Source of the DNA: Psammoneis japonica | Lineage: Eukaryota | Assembly: GCA_008632985.1 (NCBI GenBank) | Contig: QPGO01000064.1 | Location: forward strand, 310,001-374,000 | Direction: 5' to 3' | DNA length: 64,000 nt | In this document: in pieces, positions 10,210 through 22,534 of the stretch | How positions within the stretch are numbered: the stretch's first letter is position 1 | How the letters are laid out: every line of letters begins with the position of its first letter | Translations under genes and position numbers: made by a program | The notes under the pieces: model-generated | Told to the model about the DNA's origin: nothing | Database searches by the model: none | Seen by the model: only the letters and a program-made list of their open reading frames with translations

Positions 10210-12492
10210 ATGAAGAGAGCAAGAAGTCAACAAAATAGAACCAGTGCCTCTCCTATGAGTGTGCCATGCGGGGTGCAGAGAAGAAGAAGGACTACAATAT
10301 TTGCCACATCCTCGCTGCTCCTGTTACTTTTGGCGAGACACGCCGACTGTTTCTCAACGAGTGCAGCATTCAGTCGAAGAGCCTGTCCTTCTACGTCGGC
10401 ATTGGCTGTTTCGCAATCTGCCACGCCATTGAAGCCTCGTCGTCAAGCCGTAGCTCAGGCCGTTCAACCAAAGTCATCGATTTCAGCTACGAAACGCCAG
10501 CAGGCCAAGCTGGCTCTGGAGCAGCAGAAAAAGCGGAAACAACAGCAACAGGTGGATGCTCAAATGTTGCAGTTGCTATCAGAACAGTTCTTGTATGCCG
10601 AAGCACCTAAGGAGCGACCACCCGGCCGCCCAGCTTGTGTACCGGGTGCTATGAAGTATGATACAATGATTCAGTATCGCCATCAACAAAGGGAGATGGA
10701 GAAAGAGCAGTTAGATCTCGACCGATTAAATCTCGAGGCTACTCAAACTCCCGCGCAGCAACCGGTGAAGCGCGGACGGGGAAGACCCAGAAAGTCCGAG
10801 AAGGTGGTTGCTACTGTTCCCGAAGCTACGGAAAAGAATAAAAATACCATCAAAAAGAACGGAGTTGCTGCTAAAGTTTCAGCTACCGCAAAGCTGAAGA
10901 AGCCACTGTCCGTGCGAAAGAAGACCATTAAGGGGTCGATGAAGCAGTCAGCCTCGGCAAAGAACAAGAAGATAAAAGAAGTCAAGAAGCGCAAGCGTGT
11001 CGTGAAGAATTTACCCAAATCTCGTGCCACGCTAGAAGAAAGGCAAAAGGACACCAAGGGCATGGGTGTGTTTCCAAAAGGTGACCCGCTCAACTTGCAA
11101 AAGTATTACCGCACCGAATTGCTCACAGCCGAGGAGGAATACAGCTTGGGCATGAAGATTCAATTCATGATGATGTGTGAACATGTGCACGAGGGGCTTG
11201 CAAACAAATTGAATCGGTTGCCGAGTATTCAGGAATGGGCAGAGGCTTGTGGGTAGTTTTGATAAGCGGGTCTGTGAATTTGCATCTGTTGATTGCGCCG
11301 ATGCTAACCCGTGTATCTATCATTCTCTCTCAGATTTGTTGAAGACGATCCTACATTTGTTCCAACCGAAGGAGACGAGCAAATTCGTCCCGCGGGAAGT
11401 GAATCCATGTTTCAAGTTGTTGATCCCAACACTTTTGTTGGCAACGGACTGGCCACCAATGCAGGTCCTGGACGCGGTCGCGGACGAGTCAAGCAAGCAC
11501 CACCCACATTGTTGGAAGATTATTACGATGACTCTGAAGTCAAGTTCAACAAATCCATAGATATCTCGAAAGCGGACTTGAAACCGGTGAATCGAGGTAC
11601 CGCACTCGACTTTGTAGAGAAAATGATGGATTCCCGAACGGCCAAGCAACGCATGGTACAATCCAACATGAGATTGGTCTTGAGCATTGCCAGAAAGTAT
11701 AGCAGGGTCGGCGTCAGCTTACCCGACTTGGTGCAAGAGGGAAGCTTGGGACTTTCGAGAGCTGCTGAGAAGTTTGAACCAAGAAAGGGATTCAAATTCT
11801 CAACATATGCGTCATGGTGAGTACGAAATGCTTGTCAGACGTACCTGCTTCGTTGTTGTGTTTTGGTCTCGCTTATTTATCTGCCCTTCCCTTGCTTTCA
11901 ACAATAGGTGGATTCAACAGGCTGTCTTTCGAGCCATTGCCTATCATTCTCGTACGATTCGGTTGCCAGTCCATGTACACAACCTGATGAATCGTGTTCG
12001 CCGTATTCGATTGTCATCGAACAAGACCTAGGACGGGCACCAACCAATGAGGAGATTGCCGAGCAGCTTGATATGGACGTGCAGAAATTCAACAAAATGA
12101 TGAGTCTAACGAGGCAATCCATTTCGTTAGAAGTCCCAAAGTATCAGAGCAACCCAAAGGATTTCGGTCACGAAAGTGAGGACTTGCTTGGTGAAACGAT
12201 TGCTGCTGAAGTCCTTCAAGACGAAAGCAGTCCAGAAAAGCGAGTTGACCGAGGCTTGTTTCATCGAGATTTGCGAGAGATGCTCAAGATTTTGGAAACA
12301 GACGAGCGAAGAGTGATTTCCGCTCGGTATGGACTGGATGACGGTTTGACAAGAACCGTGACTGCGGTCGCCGCGCAATTGAAAGAATCCAAGTCCTGGG
12401 TACGATCCCAGGAGTGTCGGGCATTGCGTAAATTGCGAAGACCTTGGTATGAGAAACGACTAAAGGAGCACCAGAACTCCTTGGTAAGTTAA
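10210..12492 (+). CDS. Nucleus-encoded plastid RNA polymerase sigma-70 factor
   Basis: Introns 11253-11333 and 11817-11907 (GT..AG) splice to MVQSNMRLVLSIARKY...[54 protein letters not shown] (region 2). Region 4 is ERRVISARYGLDDG...WVRSQECRALRKLR. Signal peptide plus ADC-FS plastid motif. One frameshift at ~12010. Confidence 0.93.
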
Positions 12493-12675
12493 TGATTATA
12501 AAAACTATAGATCTACATTATTGTTGAGTTTGCAAATCGCCAAGTTGGTAGTTCATTTCCTCTCACACAACTTGCTAGCTAGTAGAGAGTCGTTGGACAG
12601 CACGATCAGTGGTCTGAGAAAAGTATCCTAAATTGAATGTGCTACTAAAATCAAGTGCGTAGCAAATGACGTTTC

Positions 12676-13788
12676 TTATTGAGTACGTGATTCTATTCTA
12701 CTGTCTCTGGTTGCTTTCCGTGCCGTGTATCGCACGCCTCCCAGATTCCCACCCTCAAAGAGCTGGTTCATGACGTTGTAAAACTGATACATTGCTTATA
12801 CATGGATGAACCATGCAGCCTGACAAAGTGTTTCTTGTGTCGCATAATGTTCGTGAGGCGTTGTCGAGTCTCCATCGCCCACGCATCCGTCACGTCTGTC
12901 CATGTGACATCCACAAAACCACTGTTCTTCAAAGCTCCGAGATAATCATTCTTGTCGGCCAGCTTGGTACAATACAGCTCGTTTTCTAGTGTGTCGCGTT
13001 CCTGTAATGACATTGGTTCTTTCATGTACAAATCCTCACAGTACAGGAAGCCACCGTCTGGTTTGAGGGTGGAATACAATGTCTGAAAGAGCCTGGTCTT
13101 GTCGGGTATATGCAGAAAGGACAACCAGCTGACCACGCCATCCAACGATCTAAATCGTTCTTTTGCAGATCGATTTGATGGGATACGGTTAGCTTGTTTT
13201 CTTTTTCATCGTGATGCAAGTCCATCACATTACCTAGAACATGATGCACGCGACCTCCGTTTTCAAGCTTGCATTTGCTCGTCAAATCCTGAGCAAGATC
13301 ATGTATTGGGGTCTGAAGCTCCATGGCAATGACAGAGCACCCGGTTGACGAGGCCAAGTGCCTCGAAGGCCCACCCAGACCAGAGCCAACGTCTAAAATG
13401 GTTTGCGAGTTCCAGTTTGCGGCTGAGAGAAGCTGCTTCATCGTTGAAACAGCTTGATCAACAGCACCTGTGCCACCATAATTCATACAGTCAAAACTAG
13501 ACAAGAGTTTGGTATCCAGTAATTGTTCTTTCTTGTCCCGACGTCGATGCAATAAAAATGGAGCTCGCGATGTACTCGCTTCTCAATTCCCGTGTAGAGC
13601 TTTGCGCCATAAATACCGTTATTCACGTCGTTTTCTCTCGTTGGTTTCGCATCTTTCACCTCAACCGTACTACCATCAATGATGTCGCTCGTAACAATGA
13701 CTCCCTTGTCAAAAGGAGACATGGTAAAGATGGAAGAGTTGGGAAATGGTCGGCTACTCGTCGCCATTGCAGCAAAGAGCGTTGGCAA
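12676..13788 (-). CDS. Class I SAM-dependent methyltransferase (sarcosine/dimethylglycine N-methyltransferase-like); about three frameshifts
   Basis: Motif I ILDVGSGLGGPSRHLA, DGVVSWLSFLHIPDK...LKPDGG, N-terminal KLYTGIEKRVHREL..FDCMNYGGTGAVD, C-terminus LFEGGNLGGVRYTARK..TQ*. Start codon uncertain. Confidence 0.8.
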
Positions 13789-14430
13789 TCAATCTTGGAC
13801 CTTGTTTTTGCCGTGCTTTTTCTTGCGGCGCAACGGGTCGTCACACGATTCGCAAATACGGGGACGCACATACCATATGGTACGGTACAAACACGGTGTC
13901 TGTGATAAATAATGGACATCTGGAATGACTTTGACGCGGTCATTCTCTTAAGTACTGTATTTCTACACAGAATCTCAGTATATTTTCTACACCTCGAAAC
14001 ATTTATGGTGCGCTAGTCGTGTTTTATTTTACATAAGTGTGTGGATAATTTATAAATTTTTCTATTGCCTCGAAAATTTCGAAATGGCGGGCTTTGTATT
14101 GCGCGCGCGAGCCGCCCCGCTTCCTTACCGTCTGTACGTCACATCGAACAACTTGAACTTGCATGCATCCAACTCATTTTTCTGTTCCCGCGCTTTCGTC
14201 AGCGGAGATAGAACTAACAACGGACACAAACCTTGTTCTGCAACGAAGCTAGGGGGAACAGGCCCTAATTCCCTTTAAATCGCTGTATCTACCACTGCTT
14301 TTCTGGTTTTCGGCGCTTTCCACTTTACATTTTTCTTTTTTAGATCAAAGTTGTTCGTGTTCAAGAATTCCGTCGCGCAAACCGCACAACAGAAGTTGTT
14401 CTTGCCTTTTGATACTCGCGAATAGCTACA

Positions 14431-15723
14431 ATGACGAGATTCAATACATGTTGTTCGCCAGCATTTGTTGCACATACCTCTTCCAGGCCTAACTTGTTTT
14501 CTCAAGTGACTGTTGTGAGGGAAAGATCATGTTTCTTGCAACAACCCGATAAAGTTGTCCGCCGAACACCAAGTCTTGCCCTTGCGCTTGGCGAAGATGA
14601 CAATGATAGCGAAATTAAAGACGAAGAATCGTTTTTAAACAAGGAGCTAGCGCGACTAGAGTCCCTGGAAGAGTTATTGTCAGAATTAGAGGGTAGCGAG
14701 CTAAATGGAGAGGACGAGGAAGATCTAAATCAAGAAGCACTGTTGGATTTTTTCGATTCGCTGCCAGAAGACGTCGATGATGATATTCTGGCTGAAATAG
14801 AAAGATCGGGTGGTATAGCTGCATTTACTAATGGCGACGACGAAATAGATTTTTTAGAACAACAGGGATTCAGTACAACTGAACAAGATGCTACGTCTCT
14901 GCCTTCGATACCCACGGATTCATTGGAAAACGCATTGTTGCAAGGTGTAGTGCCGGCTGATGCCGGTGTGGGGAGGGGACGTCTTCCGGGGGACTACGGA
15001 TTTGATCCACTTAATCTGGCATCTATTGACATAATTGGCAAAGTTCAACGGTGGGTGTGGAATAAATTACCGGGAGCAGAAGAAGACGGCCTTCACGATG
15101 TAAATGAGAAGCGGCCTTTGGCCTTGATCTTGCGTGATTTACGAGAAGCTGAAATACGTCATGGCCGACTTGCAATGCTTGCAGCGATAATATGGCCACT
15201 ACAAGAAATGTTGGATAGACTTTTACTGGAAGATTATCAGTTTGAAGCCACCACTATTGTCTATGGTGGAGTGACTCTGCCTTACTTCAGTCTCATCATG
15301 ACATTGATAATGTTGTTGTTGGGCTACCTTGATATCTATGCTAATACTGTCAAGGACGTGGACGCAGTTGGAGAAGCCTTCTTACCTGGCGATTGCTTTT
15401 GGGACCCTCTCCGCATGTTGGAGGGTGCTCCTGGGACAATGAAACGCAATATGCAAGAACGAGAGCTACTGAATGGGAGGATGGCAATGCTGGCCGTCGC
15501 TGTGTTCTTCTTTGAAGAAGCAACGACTCATCGTCCGCTCATTACGATACCGGGAAATGAACTTTTGTTCGAACCAGCGTACCAAATACCATATATTCAG
15601 GAGAGGTTGGACGCCATCTTTGCAACGCCGTCTCCTACATTTACACTACCGGAAGTCGGTCCTGTCGATTTCGTAGAGGTGGCCAAGGAGGTAGTACGAG
15701 AGGAAGCCAGTGGAGAGCTTTGA
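14431..15723 (+). CDS. Light-harvesting complex (chlorophyll a/b/c-binding superfamily)-like protein with long acidic N-terminal extension
   Basis: LPGDYGFDPLNL, helix 1 LREAEIRHGRLAMLAA, PGDCFWDPL and helix 3 ERELLNGRMAMLAV. Confidence 0.9.
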   Translation: MTRFNTCCSPAFVAHTSSRPNLFSQVTVVRERSCFLQQPDKVVRRTPSLALALGEDDNDSEIKDEESFLNKELARLESLEELLSELEGSELNGEDEEDLNQEALLDFFDSLPEDVDDDILAEIERSGGIAAFTNGDDEIDFLEQQGFSTTEQDATSLPSIPTDSLENALLQGVVPADAGVGRGRLPGDYGFDPLNLASIDIIGKVQRWVWNKLPGAEEDGLHDVNEKRPLALILRDLREAEIRHGRLAMLAAIIWPLQEMLDRLLLEDYQFEATTIVYGGVTLPYFSLIMTLIMLLLGYLDIYANTVKDVDAVGEAFLPGDCFWDPLRMLEGAPGTMKRNMQERELLNGRMAMLAVAVFFFEEATTHRPLITIPGNELLFEPAYQIPYIQERLDAIFATPSPTFTLPEVGPVDFVEVAKEVVREEASGEL

Positions 15724-15929
15724 CTCTCCTGGTATTTTTTATCCGTTGTGTACCGTGTCTCCTCCGTCACACTTTGTATTTGTACAAAACCACGAGGCCT
15801 AACGTGTCACTGCACACTTAATAGAGAAACATTACCCTGACTATCGTCTCACTTCCAAATAGCTAGTTTACATTAAGAAGTGTATTACGCTTCTAGAAAA
15901 AAGGGTTTTGCTAATTTTGACACATGTCT

Positions 15930-18307
15930 TTATTGTGCGTTCGGGTTGTAACAATAGTCTCTGCCAGGCTTGCCAGCTCCCATGCATCCGGGAATCTTCT
16001 CGCTGCCTGTTGTTGATAAAACATGAAACGCATTCAAATGAGTTACATCCAGTAGACGAGGTTTCATCCAGTAGGAAGAAGAAGAATAGAACATCTTACC
16101 ATTTCTTCTGAAGCATTTCAAGCCTTCTTTACATTCCCCATGATGGTCGCAGTCGCCTATAACCCGAGACAAGTCGGAAGTGGAAATGAGAAACCCTGCG
16201 CAAATGCAAAAGATTGTGACGAACAAGTAGGTCAAACGTTAACTCACCTTGGCACTCGTCCAAGGGAAAATGATGACCAGGGTCTCCGTTGTTCCCAATC
16301 ATAACGAGAACTCCCTTTGGGTATGGAACACAGTAGTCGACGTCGCCAGAGGGTGTCCCTGAACACAGTTGAGAAAGGTTGACAGAAGAATCTCCGTTGC
16401 TTCTTTCCAAGCAGTAGAGACCCGTTTGGCACTGCATATTGTTGTCGCAGTCGCCTTGGCATTCTCCGAGTGGAAACAAATCTTTGTTTGGGGCGTTGCC
16501 AACATATTTTAAAGGTTCCTTTGGCTCGGGTACATTTTCCAGTGGAGGTGGCAACACCGTTTGCCGAGGAGCACGAGGCTTGCGAGGTCTCCTTCTGTTC
16601 CTTTTCCTGCCTGGAGCACGAGTGGGCCCAGGTCCATCGTAGCAGTACCAACCCTTTGTGACGGCGTTCCCGACACAGCCTGGAACTTTCTCTCTTCCGC
16701 GTCGCTTGAAGCATTTCAAATTGCCTTTGCAATCTCTGTTTGAAGTGCAGCCCCTTGGCATTCACTGAGAGGAAACATACTTCGAGGAGGATTTTTCTGA
16801 TACCTTAGGCGCGGAAGAAGAAGAGGAGGCGGGAGGATTATGTTCACCGGTGGCGCGGGAGGGGGCGAAGCTCGAGGTGTGGGATCGGGACCAATAATGA
16901 TCTGTTCCAGCGACCACGTAGTCGGTGGTGGGGTGCTTCCAGGTGGAGGAGCGGGACTACTCCAAGTCTTTTCTTTCGTGTGCTTGCAATAGCCTCCTAC
17001 CTTGTCTCTGTACCTTCCGACTCCGACATCAATATCAAATAGTGTCCTGTTGGTCACAGGATCTTCTAACAATGTCACCTTCAGTGGCGGTGCTGAATCA
17101 CCGTCCTCAACCTCCACGTCCACCAAGTTGCGCACCGGAAATGGATTACTAACGCAGAAGTTGTGCCCATTACCATGAAAGTACATCATCGGGACGTCAG
17201 GATACAAGCCAGCCAACCTTGAGAACGGCGCGCCAAAATGCTTGAGCCTTGATCCTTCGTTGACTTGAGCATGAGCGAAAACAACCACCCCTTTCATACC
17301 AAGTACATCGTGAATTTTGAGGTTACGACGTACCCATTCCACGTTCTGACTGAAGCGCTTTCTTTCATCGCCGATTACGTCACCGCCGACGATATTGACA
17401 CCCATGTAGAGCACTTTGTCCTGGAAGAACGCAAAGTTTTCGTCGCGGGACCTGCCGTCAATTGTTTTGGCGTCAGTATGTCGACTCATCGTTGCCCCCG
17501 ACGTCAGGTTTCCAAACCCATATTTGTTTCCTGGTATAAAAGACAGGGTCATTGAGATGATGGCAAATGAGCAGTCTAATGTATCACTAAACACAGTAAG
17601 GTTCCCTTACCTGGTCCGAAATGTTCCATCCAGAGATCCCAGGCTTCATCAATGTCCTCGCAGTCATTCCTGTAACGGATTTCAAAGATTTTTAAGGAAT
17701 TGCTTCTTTCCAGGGAAATTCGCAGGAGAGATCATGCAGCTGCTTACCATTCATTGTCGCCTGGGACGAATAAGCAGTCGCGAGCATCGTAGTCAACGGC
17801 ATTGTTTGAGTGGGAGAATATTTCAGCAATATCACTGTATGCTTCGCGATTGCATGGATACTCTGGTTTACCAACTTTGATATCTCCGACATGGACGATA
17901 AAAGATGGCGAGCCCGGTGATTTCAGGTCAAGCTCGCGTAGCCTGATGGATCCAGGCAAGCAGGAAAATGAATGTCAGGGTGCGAGTGAGTAAGAGGATC
18001 GAACATTTCCCCTTTTCCATGGTTATACAATACTACTGGGTATTCAAACAGTATCTATCTTCGTACTTGTACGGAGTGTCGCCCATTCCGAAGAAGCTAG
18101 TAATCGGTACCGGTTTTACGCCTGCAGGAAACTTTGGTAAGTTGTCAATAGTGCATTCTGATACCAGCCTTCTAGGATGTTCGTCGTCCCCTGCGCATCT
18201 ATAGAGGTTTTCATCATTGGTGTCCGACGGCTCTCCAATTCGCTGTCCTTTGGTAAGGACCGCACAAGAAAAGCAGAAATCGCCGCGACATAGTCATGAA
18301 ATTTCAT
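15930..18307 (-). CDS. Secreted calcineurin-like metallophosphoesterase fused to Pro-rich linkers and three frustulin-type Cys-rich (ACR) modules (paralog 1; multi-exon, frameshifts)
   Basis: GDTPY, HVGDIK, VPGDNEW/NDC, VVFAH and YFHGNGH metal-binding motifs; ACR modules ECQGDCDNNMQCQTGLYC and ECQ/GDCDHHGECKEGLKC; several GT-AG introns. Confidence 0.8.
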
Positions 18308-19054
18308 TGTGTTAATCTGCTTGGTTCTTCTTCTTACCCCCTTTGTTGACCGTCGAGGCCGTTCCCGTTTTTGTCAGTCCTCTGCCTTGACCAGAGTGAA
18401 AGTGATCAAATCAACCGATCCACACTTGTGTGAGCTGCAAATCGGTTAGAAGCATTTCTAACCCGATTTGACTCAATTTGTTTGCAATGTGCCTTCGCGT
18501 TTTCTTATTGCCCTTTCTACTTAAAAAATGATATGAGAATTAAGAAATGCGGACAATCGTAAATGACCAACAAGGTTAGAATTAAGTAGTCTCAAGTCTT
18601 TGCGGGAAGGGCTATAATTGCGTGACATAAAGAATATGTCAGATCTCGTAAAGAATTATGCGAACGTGTTTCCTCTCGCAGCTTGCAATGCAGTGAGGGG
18701 AAGTTGCTCCAAGATGTGCCCAGTGCTCTCTTCTATCTTTCGCTTCGCACACAAGAGATGCACATGCCTGATTCCCGCGACCTTTCGTTTGGTGCGATGG
18801 CGGCGTAGCATGATAGATGATCAACGAAGTCAACAGCGCGCAAGCGGTACCGTTCTGTGGGGAAATCGTTTCGTGATGCGAAGCCTTAGGTACTTAGGCG
18901 AAAGGGGGTCTCATTTCCTATTTGACCATTCTTCCGTCTCCAATAAGAGTGCGTCTCAATTTCTACAAAAAGTAAAATTACAAGAGCAAGTGTTGTTCTC
19001 TTTAGGTGTACTGTAGATCGAAAAACTAAACAACCCAGTACCGGCACCGGAAGT

Positions 19055-20972
19055 CTATTGTTTCTTCTTTTTCCTGCGCGCCATTGCTTCCTCGGCGCGT
19101 CGCTTTAACATTTCCATCTTTTCAGCCTTTCGTTTCGCTTCTGCTGCTTCGGCCTCTTCTTCTGCTTTTTTCGCCTCCTCTATGGCTTGTTCTAAATCTT
19201 CTCCTTCACTGGCGATCGCTGGATCCACAGCGTTCGACACATCCGGCGATGTAGTGTCACTAGATATAGCATCAATAATCTCTTGGTCACTCCTTGGCGA
19301 CGTTCTTATGACCTTTACAGACCCTTTCATGTCATCATTCTCGAAATCAGGGACAAAAACTCCATCCTCAAACATATTTTGACCGCGAACAAATCGTCGA
19401 CTCGGTAATGACTTCAGCAGTCCAACTGTGTACGTGCCGCCAACAATAACTTCCAGACCATCCAGGGGGTCCAACGGCGGAGGCAGGATAATGCCGCTGA
19501 CGTCTCCATCGGGCTTATCCAAAGTGTTGCCGTTCCAAAGAGGATCATCTCCCAACATGTTGGATGACGACGTTCCAACCTCCAGATCCATTTCCTTCAT
19601 TTTCTTCAAAACAGAGTCCCCTCGTCGCACCAGTGCCAATGCTACTATTGTTGCGTCACCGGTTCCGCCTGGCTCGGCTACCGATGTTAAAGTTCCTACA
19701 GATATTTGTTCATTCGACCCAAGGACAAACAACTCATCCCCAGCTCGGGGAATCACGGTGAGATTCGGTATATCCCCCTTGTCTCCCTCAGACTGATGGG
19801 AGTAGATATTGCTCTCGTCTTCAAATACGACTGAATACAAGGTTCGAGCAGGACCTCGAGGATTCTTCAATACGGAAGCAATACCTTCCTGCCGAGATAA
19901 CAACCTTTCTCTAAATCAATAAATCCGTCCTGCCAATGCAACTCAATGGGGTTCGCCGCCACCATTTCTTTCTTTTCTTTCTTGTTTTGATCCATTTTCT
20001 TTTTATCAGCAGTGATTTCGCTCCCATAGGCCGGGTGTCCCGCTTCGATTCTCAAGGTTTCGTACTCGAGAGGACCAATTTCAACGGGTCCTTCGGGATT
20101 TTCATCCCCAACCATGTTTTCCCAGAGAGCGGAAGCAAGCTTGCTGTTTCCGTAGATTGCACAGGTGTATCCACGGCAAGCACAAGTCGGCAAATGTACA
20201 TCAGGAATCAATGTAAGCGTAGAGGAATCGTCTGCAAGCTCAACATGAAGGCACTCTGTGGGAGACGAGGAGGAAATATCCAATCCGACTGGTCCTTTAG
20301 CGCGCTCAAAACCAGTGGTTCAATGTACTTTTGAATAGCATCATGTACGTGTTGAATCGATGTGGAAGCAAGAGAGAAAATAACAGTCTCGTCACTTTGA
20401 TTCTCCAAGTCAACTTGATCCATTGGAAAAATAAGCGGATCCAACCGATCGAATAACGACTGACCCACGTGGCCGGGCGATGTCATCATGTATGCGTGTT
20501 GTGGAGTAACCATAGCGACTGATATTTGATCAACTAGCCGTCCCTTTGGCGATAGCAAGCATGCCTTGACATATGTAGGTTTCTTGCTGTCGGCTGGAAA
20601 GCTTTGAGTGAGCTTGTTGGCTAGAAAATCTCGTGTTCCTTTGCCCTTTACCTGAATCCATCCGCAGGGTCGAGAGTTATCTGGCGACCCGTCCAACCTC
20701 CACGCAATGCACTGTGTTGATCGGAGAGCACTTCGAACGGCCTCTCCTCGCAGTCCAGCTGGAGTTTCGTCAGGATAAACCGACGACAGTTGTGATTTTT
20801 CGACGGGTGGCGGTGCATCGGGATTGGGCGGGAGGTATTCATAATCGATTTCCGACATTTTTCTCACGTTTCGCTCAAGTTGTTTCTCTGCTCTTAGAAA
20901 AGGAATTTCTGGTGTAAAAGCATCCGCGAGTACCACAAAAAGGAAAAGTGCTAACCATTTAATAGAAATCAT
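19055..20972 (-). CDS. YgfZ/IBA57 (COG0354, GcvT-like folate-binding) Fe-S assembly protein, probably plastid-targeted; two frameshifts
   Basis: Presequence MISIKWLALFLFVVLADAFTP; VKGKGTRDFL, LLSPKGRL, YETLRIEAGHP; signature KGCYLG-QE split by a 1-nt deletion at ~19890. Confidence 0.88.
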
Positions 20973-21268
20973 TGTCACGAAGATGCGTCTTGAGCGTTGT
21001 TGCGGCGGTGATAACGTCATGGTGTTGCCCTTCACACCCTTCACTTTTTGTGTGAGAAATTTGAGCAAAGATTCTGGATTTCAATTTCAATATGAAAAAA
21101 TGAATTTGAATACGCTTATTTAAATTTTCCTATTTAACCACATGCATACGTCAGAAAGGCCCAACGGATTTGCGGTATGTTCGCGCTCGCATTGGCGAAA
21201 TCGCGCGACCAGCACAACAAACGCACAATCCGAACGCAACAACGCCGTTCGAACAATACCCGTCGACC

Positions 21269-21791
21269 ATGGTGAAAGTTTGGTACGAACCACCTCCCTA
21301 TGGGCCTCGATCGGCTCTCAACCGTCCCGCCTATGGTATTCAGGGAGGCACAACCTCTCAGTTTGTGCAGCGTCTCTCCAAGATGCCTCAAGGACAGGTT
21401 ATCGTTGGTGCTGTCGTGATTGCGGGTGCCTTGTCATACATTCCTCTCAGTAAGTAGAAACAGTACTGGCGCTACGTGAGCACCGATTTGCCTTGTTTGC
21501 GCTCACTTTTTCGCTCGCTCCTTGCTTTTTTGCAGTGAACCAAACGCTTCCGTTTACTTGTTCCCCCGAATACCTTGCGGCTCAGCGTGCTTACATGCGT
21601 TACCACAACATGAATCCCATTTGGGGTATCTCCTCCAAGTAAGTGCGACGGAATGGGGAGCAACGAGCGTCTTTTCTACGCGATTAAATTTTTATGTTAG
21701 TGTTAGTGCGTGAGACGGAGGACTAATTTCTCTGTTTACTTCTTTCTCTTTAACCCACAGGACGGCAAGGGCTGCTGACGAGGGACATTGA
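21269..21791 (+). CDS. Small three-exon protein resembling cytochrome c oxidase subunit IV (COX4-like), 104 aa
   Basis: Exons 21269-21449, 21536-21638 and 21761-21791 with canonical GTAAGT..AG introns splice in frame. One TM helix (QVIVGAVVIAGALSYIPL) is followed by LPFTCSPEYLAAQRAYMRYHNMNPIWGISSK, which resembles the COX4 C-terminal PxT..E.....M....NPI.GxSS pattern. Confidence 0.7.
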
Positions 21792-22069
21792 GCAACACGA
21801 GGTGTTTCGAGGATTAGAATATCTCCCTTTAAATGATTAGAGGAAGTTTGAGTACTACAACCAACGTCTTTGTTTTTTACGCTTTAGAAATCACCGGCAT
21901 ATCGCTCACGTTTTCAGTTTTCGTTTGCATTTTCCCAAAACGCTTTCACTTGTCTTGCAGTACTTATATCGACGGTATTTGCTTCGACTAGAGTAGAGGG
22001 TAGACTGCAGGAGGACGCGCTATCCATCACGATACGAAGTCGCGATTACCGATTACCAAAGCTACTAGA

Positions 22070-22230
22070 AGAAGAAAGGAACCCCGTTTTAGATTATTTG
22101 AGTATGTGCATACTTGTTTGAATTCAGGTGAGGAAGATCCCAAATGATACCGGACTCATTGTAACAATAATCCTTTCCTCTGCGCCCTTCACCGGTTCAC
22201 ACAGGAACTTCTTGGCAATCCTTATCTCGT
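22070..22230 (-). repeat. Degenerate tandem copy of the last codons and 3' flank of the adjacent frustulin-domain gene
   Basis: AGGAACCCC..TTTAGATTAT..ATGTGCATACTT..TCAGGT..GAAGAT and TTGTAxCAATAATCCTTTCCTCTGCGCCCTTxACCGGT..CAGGAACTTCTT occur at both ~22078-22212 and ~22438-22602. Confidence 0.75.
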
Positions 22231-22534
22231 TCTTTGAGGCATTTTGTGGGTTCATCTGACTTTAGGGTACTGTGCTTCCGTTTCAGTCGACAACAGCTGG
22301 GGAAAGCAAGTGGCGATTGTCGAAGAACAGGCGTAAACCGTGAACTGGCTCTGCGACAGTGCTTTTGAAGTTACTGGCATGGGAACGGTGCCTCATTCGA
22401 TTGGGCAAGACATTGCATGCGAAAAGCTCGAGAAAGAAGGAACCCCGGTTTAGATTATGAGCGTATCATATGTGCATACTTAGTTATCCGCTCAGGTAAA
22501 GAAGATGCTGTCTCCGACAAAATGATGCTGGGAC

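Noticed and set aside
10210..12492. Sigma-70 gene as evidence of bacterial contamination
   Set aside because: It has two spliceosomal introns and a plastid-targeting presequence.
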